Below the pieces are notes generated by a model that was not told the origin of the DNA, did not search any database, and saw only the letters and a program-made list of their open reading frames with translations. From Felis catus (Eukaryota), in contig NC_058368.1 of assembly GCF_018350175.1 (NCBI RefSeq), positions 2,356,001 through 2,420,000 on the forward strand: a stretch of 64,000 nt of DNA, given 5' to 3'. Positions 63,493 to 64,000 of the stretch are shown here, one piece after another; the stretch's first letter is position 1, and the number at the start of each line of letters is the position of its first letter. The position numbers and the translations under genes were made by a program.

Positions 63493-64000
63493 TGGGGCTA
63501 TTTATGGGGATGATCTTCAGGCATCGAGAAACTGCTAATTTATGTAGGGAATATTCTGTTAAAAGTGTATGAAAATATGTAACACGGTTTAAATGTTAAC
63601 GCACATCTTGCATAAAAAGGATGTTTTACTGCTTGCAAGGGTAATTTTAGTCATCTGGAAGATTCACTCACATGCACACCCCGGATGATGCTATATAAAT
63701 TCAGCATTACTGTCTGATCTACAGTATATCCAAAGTACTTTGTAGAATGTGTGTTAGATAAAAATACCAGGCCTATGTTTACATAAACTGAAAATGAGTA
63801 GAATCTTCAGTGAAAATAGAATGTCTTTCAGAAAAACTAAGCAGACATATAAATACTATTATATGTCAAATAAAATTAGGCCACAGGATGTGAATCTTTT
63901 CATCTTTCCAAAACTGTTAACGTACACCTTTAAAAGAACTTACCACCAGTGTATTCCTAGTCATAACGCAGTATCACTTACAGGAAAAGCATCTACGAAA

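Noticed and set aside
1..64000. CRISPR array, operon, phage or defence system, or other novel multi-gene system
   Set aside because: The sequence is mammalian intron DNA. The recurring units of about 200 bp are dispersed SINEs with TSDs, not regularly spaced repeats with spacers, and there are no long intact ORFs.
56731..64000. MICU2 exon 1 or promoter CpG island
   Set aside because: No CpG island or Ala/Arg/Gly-rich presequence exon is visible; it probably lies beyond position 64000.

Overview
Mammalian genomic DNA, not prokaryotic. The SINE subfamily sequences point to a felid or feliform carnivore. The window lies inside MICU2 (EFHA1, mitochondrial calcium uptake 2) on the minus strand. 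Five coding exons, equivalent to exons 2-6, can be read with GT-AG boundaries and consistent phases: 56586-56730, 28578-28609, 28387-28462, 13329-13376 and 11606-11688. Exon 1 and exon 7 onward were not found and probably lie outside the window. The rest is intronic: a degraded near-full-length LINE-1 (1-5252), about 30 tRNA-derived CAN-SINEs (many with visible target-site duplications, TSDs), older L1/L2/MIR/MLT1/hAT/Tigger remnants, microsatellites and an RPL36 processed pseudogene. Almost all ORFs in the supplied track are repeat-derived noise. I found no supportable new multi-gene system. The best leads are: patchy AT-to-GC, CpG-creating substitutions in dead sequence (probably GC-biased gene conversion); inverted SINE pairs around frame-preserving MICU2 exons; a sense SINE with AATAAA 40 nt behind an exon donor; and strong-Kozak in-frame ATGs at the start of exon 2. 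Repeat family names and reference protein sequences are recalled from memory and were not searched. Repeat boundaries are approximate.
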